Part shown: positions 48,720 to 58,171 of the stretch, piece after piece
Numbering within the stretch: position 1 is the stretch's first letter
Layout: each line of letters starts with the position of its first letter
Virus record (IMG/VR): IMGVR_UViG_3300042887_001883
Coordinates: 10,198-74,197 of that record
Direction: 5' to 3' (one strand)
DNA: 64,000 nucleotides
DNA from: a virus
Made by a program: the position numbers and the translations under genes
The notes under the pieces: model-generated
The model's input: the letters and a program-made list of their open reading frames with translations, nothing else
Database searches by the model: none
What the model was told of the DNA's origin: nothing

Positions 48720-51318
48720 AATTGATTATTCTAATGATACAAAAACATCATTAACAATCCTTCCTGATAGTGTTGATGATTCATTACCATTAATATTTTA
48801 TGGTTATAATCATAGTAACTATGGGGAAGGATTATGGACTGATTTATTACATTTATTAGAAAATTATGCCAGTGATGGTTCTACATTATTAAATCCGGTA
48901 GAGGGTATGCTATGGTACAATAATGTTAACAAAATATTAGGAATATATAAAACTACTGGATGGTCAGATATTATCGATTTAGAAAAATTCCAAGCTACAT
49001 ACGGCTCTGATATTGATAATTTATTATCTAATATTATTGCAGAATTAAAAAAATCACCACAAAGTGATAATATAAAAAAGTTAATAGCTGCATTATCTAA
49101 ATTATTTGTTCCATTGACCGGAGGGACATTAACCGGAAATTTATATTTACCTGATGAAATTTATGCCGATTATAAAAAATTACCAAACAATACCCAAAAG
49201 GTAATAACCAATGGTTTTTTAGAATGGTTTGTGGATGATTATATAACACATTATCAAAAACCATTATCCGCAGGATTTGATGATGGTGGTTTTGGGATAG
49301 GATTTGATGATGGTGTGATTAATGCTTCAAATCTTGGGGATTTCTTACCGTTGAACGTTGCAGAAGATACTATTATATCTGGAGAGACTTTAAATATATC
49401 TGCAGATTTAGCTTTTGCCAAAGTATTAGTACCGACATCAGTTTCTAATAATTGTGCAATTAATAAAGAATATGCTGATAGTTTATTAACAGAAACTAGC
49501 CTATTTTCAAAAATTAATAATACTGCTGACTTTATATCAGCTATAGATAATTTGGCAATATATCCAGATAATTCTTCAGATACTACTGCATCTACTGTAA
49601 ATGTCAGTGAAGTATTATCTTATATGTCAATATATGATAAATCTGAACAATCTACTGCACCATCTACAACCTTATATACTACCCCATTAAGCATAACCAT
49701 TACCCCGGCATCTATAAATTCTAAATTTTATATTAATGTATCGTTATTATTATCTAACGGCACAACACCTGGGGCGACAATATGTGGATTATATAAAAAT
49801 GGTAATGCATTAATTGAAAAATTTAGCATTATTGATAGAGGGTCTGATTCAGATTTGATTGCATCATGTACTACTTTTATTGATTCTACAACCGATATAT
49901 CCCCAGTAACATATGATGTTCGAGTTTATAATGAACTGTCTACTGGTAAATGGTATACCAATAAATCTGCCGATGGTTCTAAGACTGGCATATCATATAT
50001 GACTATTTTAGAATACCAAGATACTAATTTTATTAATAATACGTCTGCATATGTTGCACCGACTGTCAATGTACCATTTACATCATCTACCATTGAATAT
50101 AAAATACCTAACCCAACAGCAGAATATTATGAATATACTGTTCCCGATGGTGTCACTAAACTTTCTGTTGATATTATTGGTGCTGGCGGAGGAGCTGGTG
50201 GTCATGGTGGTGGTTCTAAAAAAGGTGGTAATGGTGGACATGGTGTTAAAATGTCAGCTACTATTACGGTAACACCAAAAGAAGTATTAAAAATATATGT
50301 AGGTTGTGGTGGTGTTGGTGGTGGCTCCTCTAATAAGGATTACAAGTCTACACAGAAAAGTATTTTTAGAAATCCTGATGATTCTACGTTACCAAATATT
50401 ATTAATAAACCCAAATTATTAGCTACTGGTTTATTCACCGGAAGCCCTGCAACAAATACCAATTGGTCAAAGTTTATAAACACCAATAATGTTTGGGGTA
50501 GTAACATGTCAACAAAAATAGACAATGTTAATTTTTTGGCATCATTCCCTAGAAATGCACCATATATAGTTTCATCATCTATCGATAATTATGGGACCAT
50601 CAAAATTGATGATGTATTAATTGTAGATGTACCTACTTATAAATTTGTATTTTCTAAATGTACTAATATTTCTAAAGGTAATCATTATGTTAAATTATAT
50701 GCCTATAATTCCGATGTTCTACAAGCATTTTCCTTAGATATTAGAGAATCCAGTAGTGGTTTTAATAATGGGGGGGATGGTGGGTCATCTGGTCCAGATG
50801 GTTTTAGTGGTGAAGGTGGCTATGGTGGTGGTTCTTCAGCAATTGTAAAATCTGATGGAACTGTATTATTAGTAGCTGCCGGTGGCGGTGGAGGCGGTGG
50901 GGCAGATTCAAATGGTATACCTACAGGATTAATTATTAATGGTATCCCAAAACCAACTACTGGTACTGTCACATATACTGATAATGGAAATGGGAAAACC
51001 CCAGGTACCGGGTTAGATGGTGGGGGCGGTGGGGGCGGTGGCGGTGGATATGCTACTGATGGGAAAGGTATGGGTATTGGTGGTAATTTTACTACCACGT
51101 CTGCTAATAAAAACACATATGGCGGTGGCGGTAGTGAAGGCGCATCATATATAAATACCGGTTTGGTTACGGTATCATTAAATATGTACCCATCTTTAAA
51201 AGGAACACCAGGATATGGTGGTATTGCTAAAACTAGTACCACCTATGTCGCATCTACAGTTGGCATCAATGAAGATGGTCAATGTGGATATATAAAAATT
51301 ACCACCGTCAATGCATAA
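48709..51318 (+). CDS. Fibre protein with glycine-rich C-terminal domain
   Basis: Shared module; YTVPDGVTKLSVDIIGAGGGAGG..LLVAAGGGGGGG..GYIKIT. Confidence 0.78.
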   Translation: MSYKIDYSNDTKTSLTILPDSVDDSLPLIFYGYNHSNYGEGLWTDLLHLLENYASDGSTLLNPVEGMLWYNNVNKILGIYKTTGWSDIIDLEKFQATYGSDIDNLLSNIIAELKKSPQSDNIKKLIAALSKLFVPLTGGTLTGNLYLPDEIYADYKKLPNNTQKVITNGFLEWFVDDYITHYQKPLSAGFDDGGFGIGFDDGVINASNLGDFLPLNVAEDTIISGETLNISADLAFAKVLVPTSVSNNCAINKEYADSLLTETSLFSKINNTADFISAIDNLAIYPDNSSDTTASTVNVSEVLSYMSIYDKSEQSTAPSTTLYTTPLSITITPASINSKFYINVSLLLSNGTTPGATICGLYKNGNALIEKFSIIDRGSDSDLIASCTTFIDSTTDISPVTYDVRVYNELSTGKWYTNKSADGSKTGISYMTILEYQDTNFINNTSAYVAPTVNVPFTSSTIEYKIPNPTAEYYEYTVPDGVTKLSVDIIGAGGGAGGHGGGSKKGGNGGHGVKMSATITVTPKEVLKIYVGCGGVGGGSSNKDYKSTQKSIFRNPDDSTLPNIINKPKLLATGLFTGSPATNTNWSKFINTNNVWGSNMSTKIDNVNFLASFPRNAPYIVSSSIDNYGTIKIDDVLIVDVPTYKFVFSKCTNISKGNHYVKLYAYNSDVLQAFSLDIRESSSGFNNGGDGGSSGPDGFSGEGGYGGGSSAIVKSDGTVLLVAAGGGGGGGADSNGIPTGLIINGIPKPTTGTVTYTDNGNGKTPGTGLDGGGGGGGGGGYATDGKGMGIGGNFTTTSANKNTYGGGGSEGASYINTGLVTVSLNMYPSLKGTPGYGGIAKTSTTYVASTVGINEDGQCGYIKITTVNA

Positions 51319-53239
51319 TACCAATATGAAATATTCTATACCATACACTGATACATCAAAAAGTCCCATTGAAATAGAAACCAACACCATTAATACTGAT
51401 ACCATATTAAAATTATATGGTCAGGGTTCAGTAAACTATGGGGCGGAATTATGGATTAATTTATTAAAACTTTTAGACCATACATGTAGTGGTGGTGTTA
51501 ATAATTCTGGACCATTGAAACCCATTGAGGGTCAATTATGGTATAATAATTATTCAACCACCTTAAATTTATATAAAACTAACAAATGGGTTCCTATTGT
51601 AGATAGCCAATATTTGGAAAGTCTTTATGGTACCGGTGGACTTGATGGATTATTGAAAAAAATCGCAGATGCATTATTAGACGATACTACCCCAATGGTT
51701 AAAAGTCTCATAGCAGAATTAAATAAATATTTATTACCATTAACTGGTGGTACAGTATCTGGAAAATTATACTTACCTAAAATAAGTTCGTTAGCAACAT
51801 TCTATGATAAAGCAAAACTCACTGATAAAAATAAGGTTTGTACAATAGAATATCTAAAATGGTTTGTACTAGAATTTGCTAAAAATTATGTACCGCCAAA
51901 TTCCCCAGGATTTGATGATAGTCCATTTGGTATAGGGTACGATACGGACCCGACATTATTAGCCGAAGTTTCACCATATGTACCATTAAACATTGTATTA
52001 CCTACTGTTATTACTGGAAGTAATATTACTTTTAGTAATAATGTAATAGCTAATAAGGCTACCGTAGATTTAGTAACAACTAATAATGATGCTATTAATA
52101 AAAAATATTCTGATGACCATACATCAGCATCAGCATTAATGGATATTTTTAAGAATTCAACACCATTCAAAAATGCAATTTCTGGCGAAATTGATAAATT
52201 AATTAATGCTCCGGCAAACCAATCTACATCAACATCTCCTACTTTAAAATCATATAGCATAACCGATGATGCTATTAAAAATGGTAAAGGTATCACCCCT
52301 ACTGATACTGGATTGTCCCTTGCTATAACCCCCCAATCCATAAAATCTAAATTTTTAATAAACATATCATTAACATTATCAAATGGTGATAAACCTGGTA
52401 CTGCAATAGGAACATTATATAAAAACAATACCATATTATTACCAAATTTTTGTGTAGTAGATGGGACTAAATTCGATTCTATGCCATATGGTGTCACTTT
52501 TATAGATAGTGTCACTTCCACTGATAAAGTAACATATGTTGTAAAAGTAAATGGGAACGATGCTAGTGGTGAATGGTTCGTAAATCAATCATCTGATATT
52601 ACCAATAAATCAATATCATCGATGACTATTATGGAATTTATTGGAGATACTATAATAACTAAAGGTACTAGTAATTCTGTGGCTTCTATCCTACCAACTA
52701 CTATTGGTGACGTTTATAACGGTGGCGTTTATATAGGTGATATTACAGATGGTGGTGTTAAATATAGATTAATACTATCACCAAAATCAACTGAACTTAA
52801 TATGCAATATATAACTAATAAAGGTTCATCGGTAGGTAATAGAACAAATAATACGATTTCACGTACAAATGGTCCAGAAAATACGAGAATTACATCACAG
52901 AGTATATTAGATGGATTCTTAGCAGCATGGTATTGTTCAAGATTAGACATAAATGGATATTCTGATTGGTATTTACCAGCAGCAGATGAATTAGTAGTTA
53001 TGAGTGTGAATCGAAAAGCACTGTTGACTGGTCCCAATAAAATGGAATGGCTTACCACTTTTAATGGTGGTACTGGAAGTTATACTGCATATTCTGGTGG
53101 GTTTTATTGGTCTTCTACCGATGATGGTAGTGTTCTAACTGCTCTAAAGGTACATTGTCGTGATTATGCATCGAGTGCGGTAACAGAGGTCAAAGAAACT
53201 GTTTGTCATGTTAGAGCAATCAGACGTGAACCATATTAA
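51311..53239 (+). CDS. Fibre protein with DUF1566/Lcl-like tip
   Basis: Shared module; IGDVYNGGVYIG..YCSRL..DWYLPAADEL..YWSST..VRAIRREPY; alternative start 51326. Confidence 0.78.
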   Translation: MHNTNMKYSIPYTDTSKSPIEIETNTINTDTILKLYGQGSVNYGAELWINLLKLLDHTCSGGVNNSGPLKPIEGQLWYNNYSTTLNLYKTNKWVPIVDSQYLESLYGTGGLDGLLKKIADALLDDTTPMVKSLIAELNKYLLPLTGGTVSGKLYLPKISSLATFYDKAKLTDKNKVCTIEYLKWFVLEFAKNYVPPNSPGFDDSPFGIGYDTDPTLLAEVSPYVPLNIVLPTVITGSNITFSNNVIANKATVDLVTTNNDAINKKYSDDHTSASALMDIFKNSTPFKNAISGEIDKLINAPANQSTSTSPTLKSYSITDDAIKNGKGITPTDTGLSLAITPQSIKSKFLINISLTLSNGDKPGTAIGTLYKNNTILLPNFCVVDGTKFDSMPYGVTFIDSVTSTDKVTYVVKVNGNDASGEWFVNQSSDITNKSISSMTIMEFIGDTIITKGTSNSVASILPTTIGDVYNGGVYIGDITDGGVKYRLILSPKSTELNMQYITNKGSSVGNRTNNTISRTNGPENTRITSQSILDGFLAAWYCSRLDINGYSDWYLPAADELVVMSVNRKALLTGPNKMEWLTTFNGGTGSYTAYSGGFYWSSTDDGSVLTALKVHCRDYASSAVTEVKETVCHVRAIRREPY

Positions 53240-53250
53240 TAGTTATGGAT

Positions 53251-53280
53251 AAAAAAGCCCCTCTTCGAGGGGCTTTTTTT
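53251..53280. terminator. Bidirectional intrinsic terminator
   Basis: A6-GCCCCTC-TTC-GAGGGGC-T7 between convergent operons. Confidence 0.92.
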
Positions 53281-53290
53281 ATCATATTTT

Positions 53291-54385
53291 TTAGTATAAT
53301 CTAGCCATACCCATCTTTGTAGTATTAAATTTTATAACAGTTGTATTATTATCAATATGTGTTACTGATAATGGAGTATAGATTACATTATTAATAAACA
53401 CTTCTACTGTTGGTATAAATCCTAATTGGTGATGAATAGTCCATATGGTTGAAGATATAGTAGAATTATACTCAAATATATTAGTTGTTGATGGTGATGC
53501 AATATGAGTAACATCTAATTTATCGGTGCTTTCTACTTCAATTTCTAAAGTATATGTCAAATACCATGTGCTAACGGCAGGTTTATCCAATGGGTCGAAT
53601 ATTAAATGGGTTAATAATCGTGGTGCTTCTTTATCCGGTTTATTAGGATTATTCTTATCTTTACGCAAATTATCGGCAAGCCAGTTGTCCATATTTTTAA
53701 CATTATGTGGTTTTTCGACAACGGTAAATGCTTTTAAATTTTTGAACAACCAATTGCTTGGTGGGGTTTTAGGTATTTGAATATCTATTTTATTTTGTTC
53801 ACATACAAATCTTAATTTTTTAGCACGATTTCTGGATGTTTCTGTACCACATTGATTATCATTTATTAACTTATTATCAGCAATACCAATACCAAGATGT
53901 CTGCTTGCTAATGATGATACATTATTAACAACTGATTTAGCATCGGCTACACCAATACCTAAATATGATGGAGCTAAGGTGGCAATATTATTGAATTTTG
54001 TTAATTCATCAACAATACTTATACCAAGATATGCTGGTGCTAAAGACGAAAAATTATTGAATATGGTTGGTTCATCAACTATACCAATACCTAAATATGG
54101 TGGTGTTAATGCCCCAAAGTTAATATTAACTATAGGTTCATCAACTATACCAATACCTAGTTTATTAGCTGATATTCTAGCAGGTATGATAGTATTAATA
54201 GGTTCATTTACTATACCAATACCCAAATGAGGGTCAGCTATTATTGATGTACTATTTTGAATTATTGGTAAATCAATTATACCAATACCAAGATAACTAG
54301 ATGGTTCGTGAAGACTAAAAGGGGTTATGGTACCGTCAAATAATTCAAATTTGTACGGTAAATCAACTATAAAACCATCACTCAT
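53291..54385 (-). CDS. Structural protein: seven 22-aa LGIG repeats + C-terminal half of the 60242/62518 family + small beta domain
   Basis: RLLTHLIFDPLDK..YTLEIEV matches the paralog C-termini; WTIHHQLG domain shared with 63495. Confidence 0.75.
   Translation of the reverse strand: MSDGFIVDLPYKFELFDGTITPFSLHEPSSYLGIGIIDLPIIQNSTSIIADPHLGIGIVNEPINTIIPARISANKLGIGIVDEPIVNINFGALTPPYLGIGIVDEPTIFNNFSSLAPAYLGISIVDELTKFNNIATLAPSYLGIGVADAKSVVNNVSSLASRHLGIGIADNKLINDNQCGTETSRNRAKKLRFVCEQNKIDIQIPKTPPSNWLFKNLKAFTVVEKPHNVKNMDNWLADNLRKDKNNPNKPDKEAPRLLTHLIFDPLDKPAVSTWYLTYTLEIEVESTDKLDVTHIASPSTTNIFEYNSTISSTIWTIHHQLGFIPTVEVFINNVIYTPLSVTHIDNNTTVIKFNTTKMGMARLY
53860..54310 (-). repeat. Seven degenerate 66-bp (22-aa) repeats, consensus (Y/H)LGIGIVDEP..N...L
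   Basis: Visible in the translation and as recurring ATACCAATACC on the + strand. Confidence 0.85.
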
Positions 54386-55872
54386 CAGGTCACCTTCACT
54401 GCATGATACTTAAATTTAATATATTTACTACCATCAGCTAATGTTATTTCATTACCATCTTTAATTGTGGTTTTACCAACACCTACCAGGTTATATACAT
54501 TACTATATGTTGATACATTACCAAAAACACCAACATCATCAGATTTTATTAATATTGGTAACAATATAAATTGTTTAGTATTGGTACTGTCTACATAAAT
54601 TAAGGTAGTATCACCTAATGTTTTTTGACTGTACATATCAAACCGTGCAGATGATGCATATGTTGCAGAACCATCAAAAGGATTATAAAAACGACCAGTA
54701 TATGCCATAGAATCCATTTGTGGATAAATCTTAATACCAACTAAGGGTTTTGAATTAGTGTCCAACCATGGGCAAGTATGAGCAAATTTTGAAATTAAAT
54801 AGGTATAATAATAATTTGTTATGGATGTAGGCAAATTTTTCCATTTGCTGGTAATTGCTACATGATTATCAGATGCACTAATATATAATGTACCGGTGTC
54901 TTGATTAGTTTTAGTTAATGTAGAATTTCCACCAATATTAGGCATATACTGAGGATAATTTATAGAATCAGAATACAATTGTTTACTACCAGAACTAGTC
55001 GGGTCACCATCCCATGCTTCAATATATAAAATATGTTGTGAACCAGATGGGGCAATATTAGAACCAGTCGAGGTACCTAATTTATAATAATATTTTACAT
55101 ATATGTTTGATGCACTATTTTTTACTGTTACTTTTTTCGTTACAGTTGATGAGGTTTTTCCAGATAATGTAGCTGTTGTTTGAGCTAATGATGTGTATTT
55201 TTTCCCAGGTACAGGGGCATATTCTAAACCAGCACCATATGGTATTATAGGATACGTAGATTTAACGGTTGGCCAATCTTCCATAACAGTTTCAGAATAA
55301 GTATACTTTGTTGTTACAGTTTTCCCATATTGCGGGGAACTTGCCGTATATGTTTCTTCCCTAACTTTTGTCCACGTACATGGAACAGTATTAGTTTTAT
55401 TATTTACAATAGCTTGGGATGATAATGAATTATTATTTGATAAAATATTAGTAATATCAGATAATAAATTATTAATAGAATCAGCATTCATTTGAATAGT
55501 ATCATTATATTTTGATGTTTTTTCTACTGTTTGGTAAGCTACTGCAAAACTAATCTTTACATCTACCCAGGTTGCACTCCATACTTTTACAATATCAACT
55601 TTTAAAAAACTTGGCATTGGGTTAGGAATGGTATCTCGTTTAACCATAAAATTATACGTTGGTTGTCCCAAACCAATTCTGGTATATACTCTATACCATG
55701 AAGGGGTTCCGGTACCAGTTACTTTATCAGGAATGGTACCATCAAAAGCATAACCGTTAGCATCAACCCACTCCCCAATAGTAGTATTATTTTTTAATGT
55801 TGGTAATGTACCTACTTCGCTACCAGCAATAGTACTATCATATATACTGTTAAATTGATATTCGGTATACAT
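54385..55872 (-). CDS. Putative virion protein, MY(I/T)xY family member 4
   Basis: MYTEYQF; LYISASDNHVAI; GNVS..VY..EITL. Confidence 0.6.
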   Translation of the reverse strand: MYTEYQFNSIYDSTIAGSEVGTLPTLKNNTTIGEWVDANGYAFDGTIPDKVTGTGTPSWYRVYTRIGLGQPTYNFMVKRDTIPNPMPSFLKVDIVKVWSATWVDVKISFAVAYQTVEKTSKYNDTIQMNADSINNLLSDITNILSNNNSLSSQAIVNNKTNTVPCTWTKVREETYTASSPQYGKTVTTKYTYSETVMEDWPTVKSTYPIIPYGAGLEYAPVPGKKYTSLAQTTATLSGKTSSTVTKKVTVKNSASNIYVKYYYKLGTSTGSNIAPSGSQHILYIEAWDGDPTSSGSKQLYSDSINYPQYMPNIGGNSTLTKTNQDTGTLYISASDNHVAITSKWKNLPTSITNYYYTYLISKFAHTCPWLDTNSKPLVGIKIYPQMDSMAYTGRFYNPFDGSATYASSARFDMYSQKTLGDTTLIYVDSTNTKQFILLPILIKSDDVGVFGNVSTYSNVYNLVGVGKTTIKDGNEITLADGSKYIKFKYHAVKVT

Positions 55873-55876
55873 TATT

Positions 55877-56887
55877 TTAACCTTTTAATAATAGTAATCG
55901 CATATAGGACGTTGAGAAATCATTATTTTGTATAGGCCATATTATATATGTTGTACCGTTCATAGTAATTTCATCATATATTTTTGCAGAAATAGAACTG
56001 CTAGGAAGAGCATAAAATTTGCCTAATTCCGATATTGAGCCACCAAATAAATAATTAGATGACTGTTTATCACTAACGTACACATGATTACCATAATAAT
56101 ATTTATGGGATGCTGAATCTGGATTATAAAAATTTATAATTCCCACCTTGTCGTAAATATCTACTTCATATTCGTTATCATTAGATATTGCGGCACCATA
56201 TGTGGTAGTAGAGGATTTTCTGGTAGAATATACTGGAGTGGGTAAAGTAGCAGTGTATCCCCATGTATTACAGGTAAAAAATATAAATCTAGGAAAGGCA
56301 CTTTGTAATATATCGGTAGAAGCTATATCTGCAACACCAATAGGTGAAGAATACTTATCATTAGATGTATTAATACTACTCATCATTAAATGGTTTTTAT
56401 TTAAATGAATATGTATAGTTCCACCTTCAGCATATATTTTTAATGGTCTTGATTTTGATTGTGTACACAAAGTATCAGTACTATCATACATCTGTAATGT
56501 TAAATTTAACGTTACTAAATTTTTAGTATCCGAATATGATGTGGTTCCATCAGCATTAGAAATTCTAGTAAAACCATATGTATCAGTAGTAGTATCATCT
56601 AACGTACTAATAGTAATAAATTTTTGATAATATTCTTCACTATTAGTAGATTTTATATGATATTCATAATCGATATCTTCTTTATCAGTATCAGTAACCC
56701 ACCCACTATCAGTACCATAATAATTAACATTTAAACAAGCATCTGATAAATCATATTTAGATGATATACTGGTTATAATAGTAGCCAAATCTTGCACAAC
56801 AAGATTTTTGACCCTAGTGATAGTTAATGCATCACTATTAAAAGGGTCGGGTGGTAAGGCTGCTTTATATTGATAAGCAATATACAT
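55877..56887 (-). CDS. Putative virion protein, MY(I/T)xY family member 3
   Basis: MYIAYQY; GGTIHIHLNKNHLMMSSIN; GGSIS..YDEIT..YIIW. Confidence 0.6.
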   Translation of the reverse strand: MYIAYQYKAALPPDPFNSDALTITRVKNLVVQDLATIITSISSKYDLSDACLNVNYYGTDSGWVTDTDKEDIDYEYHIKSTNSEEYYQKFITISTLDDTTTDTYGFTRISNADGTTSYSDTKNLVTLNLTLQMYDSTDTLCTQSKSRPLKIYAEGGTIHIHLNKNHLMMSSINTSNDKYSSPIGVADIASTDILQSAFPRFIFFTCNTWGYTATLPTPVYSTRKSSTTTYGAAISNDNEYEVDIYDKVGIINFYNPDSASHKYYYGNHVYVSDKQSSNYLFGGSISELGKFYALPSSSISAKIYDEITMNGTTYIIWPIQNNDFSTSYMRLLLLKG

Positions 56888-56889
56888 AA

Positions 56890-58167
56890 TTAGAACATTG
56901 GTATAGCTAATTTAGGATATGTAATCTTTTTAGTATCAGCAGGACTTCCAGAAATTGGGGATAACGTCATAGCCGTACTATTACTATAATTAACTAATAA
57001 TAATTTATATGACCGACCAAATACATCAGTAATAATATCCTCAAACTGTCCAGACATGCCATGCATCCAATAAATATTATTTTCGGATGTTATATCACCA
57101 GTGAAATTTAAACCACTAGCACTAGTAATATTAAGATGTTGCATATACATAGCTTGTTGTTTAGCTTCATCAGACATTAAAAATATTGGTAATTTTCCTT
57201 GGTCCGATGTTGATGAATGCATAATATTCATAGTAGATGACCATTTAATTTTACACGATGGTATATCTGATACTAATGTTTTTGATTTATTACTAAAAAT
57301 GTTTAATACTGACCCATATGTTGGAGTTGATTTTGGAGTCTGGGTATATACTCGCATAAATGCCCATCGTTTCCAACCAGCCATCAATTCTTGATTTGCT
57401 GTAACTGGAGTATTATACCATACATCCATAGGTTTATATTTTGTTAATAACAATGCCGCATGTGCATATGATGTTTCTGTTGCAAGGATACTTTTACTTT
57501 TAGAAATGCCCGTCATATAAAGGTGATTAGATGATAATGAGATAATCAATTTGAAAGATGTGGTATCAAAAGTAACATTGCCAACCGACAATGTACCTTT
57601 ATGAGAGTCAATGGTTCCGGTCAAATCTGGAGCTAAAGTGGTAGGCTTGGTAGTCCCATTATTCAATAATGATAATGTCATAGCAATAGGTAAATCATAT
57701 ACCCCATCAACAGTATATGTCATTTTGACATATAAAAATGCTGGAATACTGTTTGTAGTATTTACAGTACCATCTTCGTTGTACACAGTATCTTGAGTAT
57801 CAAATTGCAAAATAGTATCACAAACTCTAGTAGTAATATTTTGGCATGTTGTCCATCCTTCATAATCATATACACCATCCGTTAAAGTTGGACCAAATGA
57901 GGTATGTTTTAAAAATGAAGTAAGGGCTGGATTTTTTGCATCATCTTGTACAAATACTGAAGTATCACGTACATTAGCACTAAGACCCAATGTGGATGAA
58001 CTCCCATCAAAACTTACACAGGTCAAACATTTAATAATATCTTTAAAAGTATCTAATGCTCGTGCATGTGTAGCTATTTTACCAGCAGCATTTTCTGGTG
58101 TATTATCCGGTGTTCCATGTCCCGTTACAAACCCGTCAAAATCATTGAAAACTAATTCTATATACAT
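56890..58167 (-). CDS. Putative virion protein, MY(I/T)xY family member 2
   Basis: MYIELVF; LIISLSSNHLYM; GDIT..IY..EDIIT. Confidence 0.6.
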   Translation of the reverse strand: MYIELVFNDFDGFVTGHGTPDNTPENAAGKIATHARALDTFKDIIKCLTCVSFDGSSSTLGLSANVRDTSVFVQDDAKNPALTSFLKHTSFGPTLTDGVYDYEGWTTCQNITTRVCDTILQFDTQDTVYNEDGTVNTTNSIPAFLYVKMTYTVDGVYDLPIAMTLSLLNNGTTKPTTLAPDLTGTIDSHKGTLSVGNVTFDTTSFKLIISLSSNHLYMTGISKSKSILATETSYAHAALLLTKYKPMDVWYNTPVTANQELMAGWKRWAFMRVYTQTPKSTPTYGSVLNIFSNKSKTLVSDIPSCKIKWSSTMNIMHSSTSDQGKLPIFLMSDEAKQQAMYMQHLNITSASGLNFTGDITSENNIYWMHGMSGQFEDIITDVFGRSYKLLLVNYSNSTAMTLSPISGSPADTKKITYPKLAIPMF

Positions 58168-58171
58168 ATTA

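Noticed and set aside
44612-53239. Complete diversity-generating retroelement
   Set aside because: No reverse transcriptase and no near-identical template repeat seen in the window; the tips are too divergent at DNA level to be a TR/VR pair
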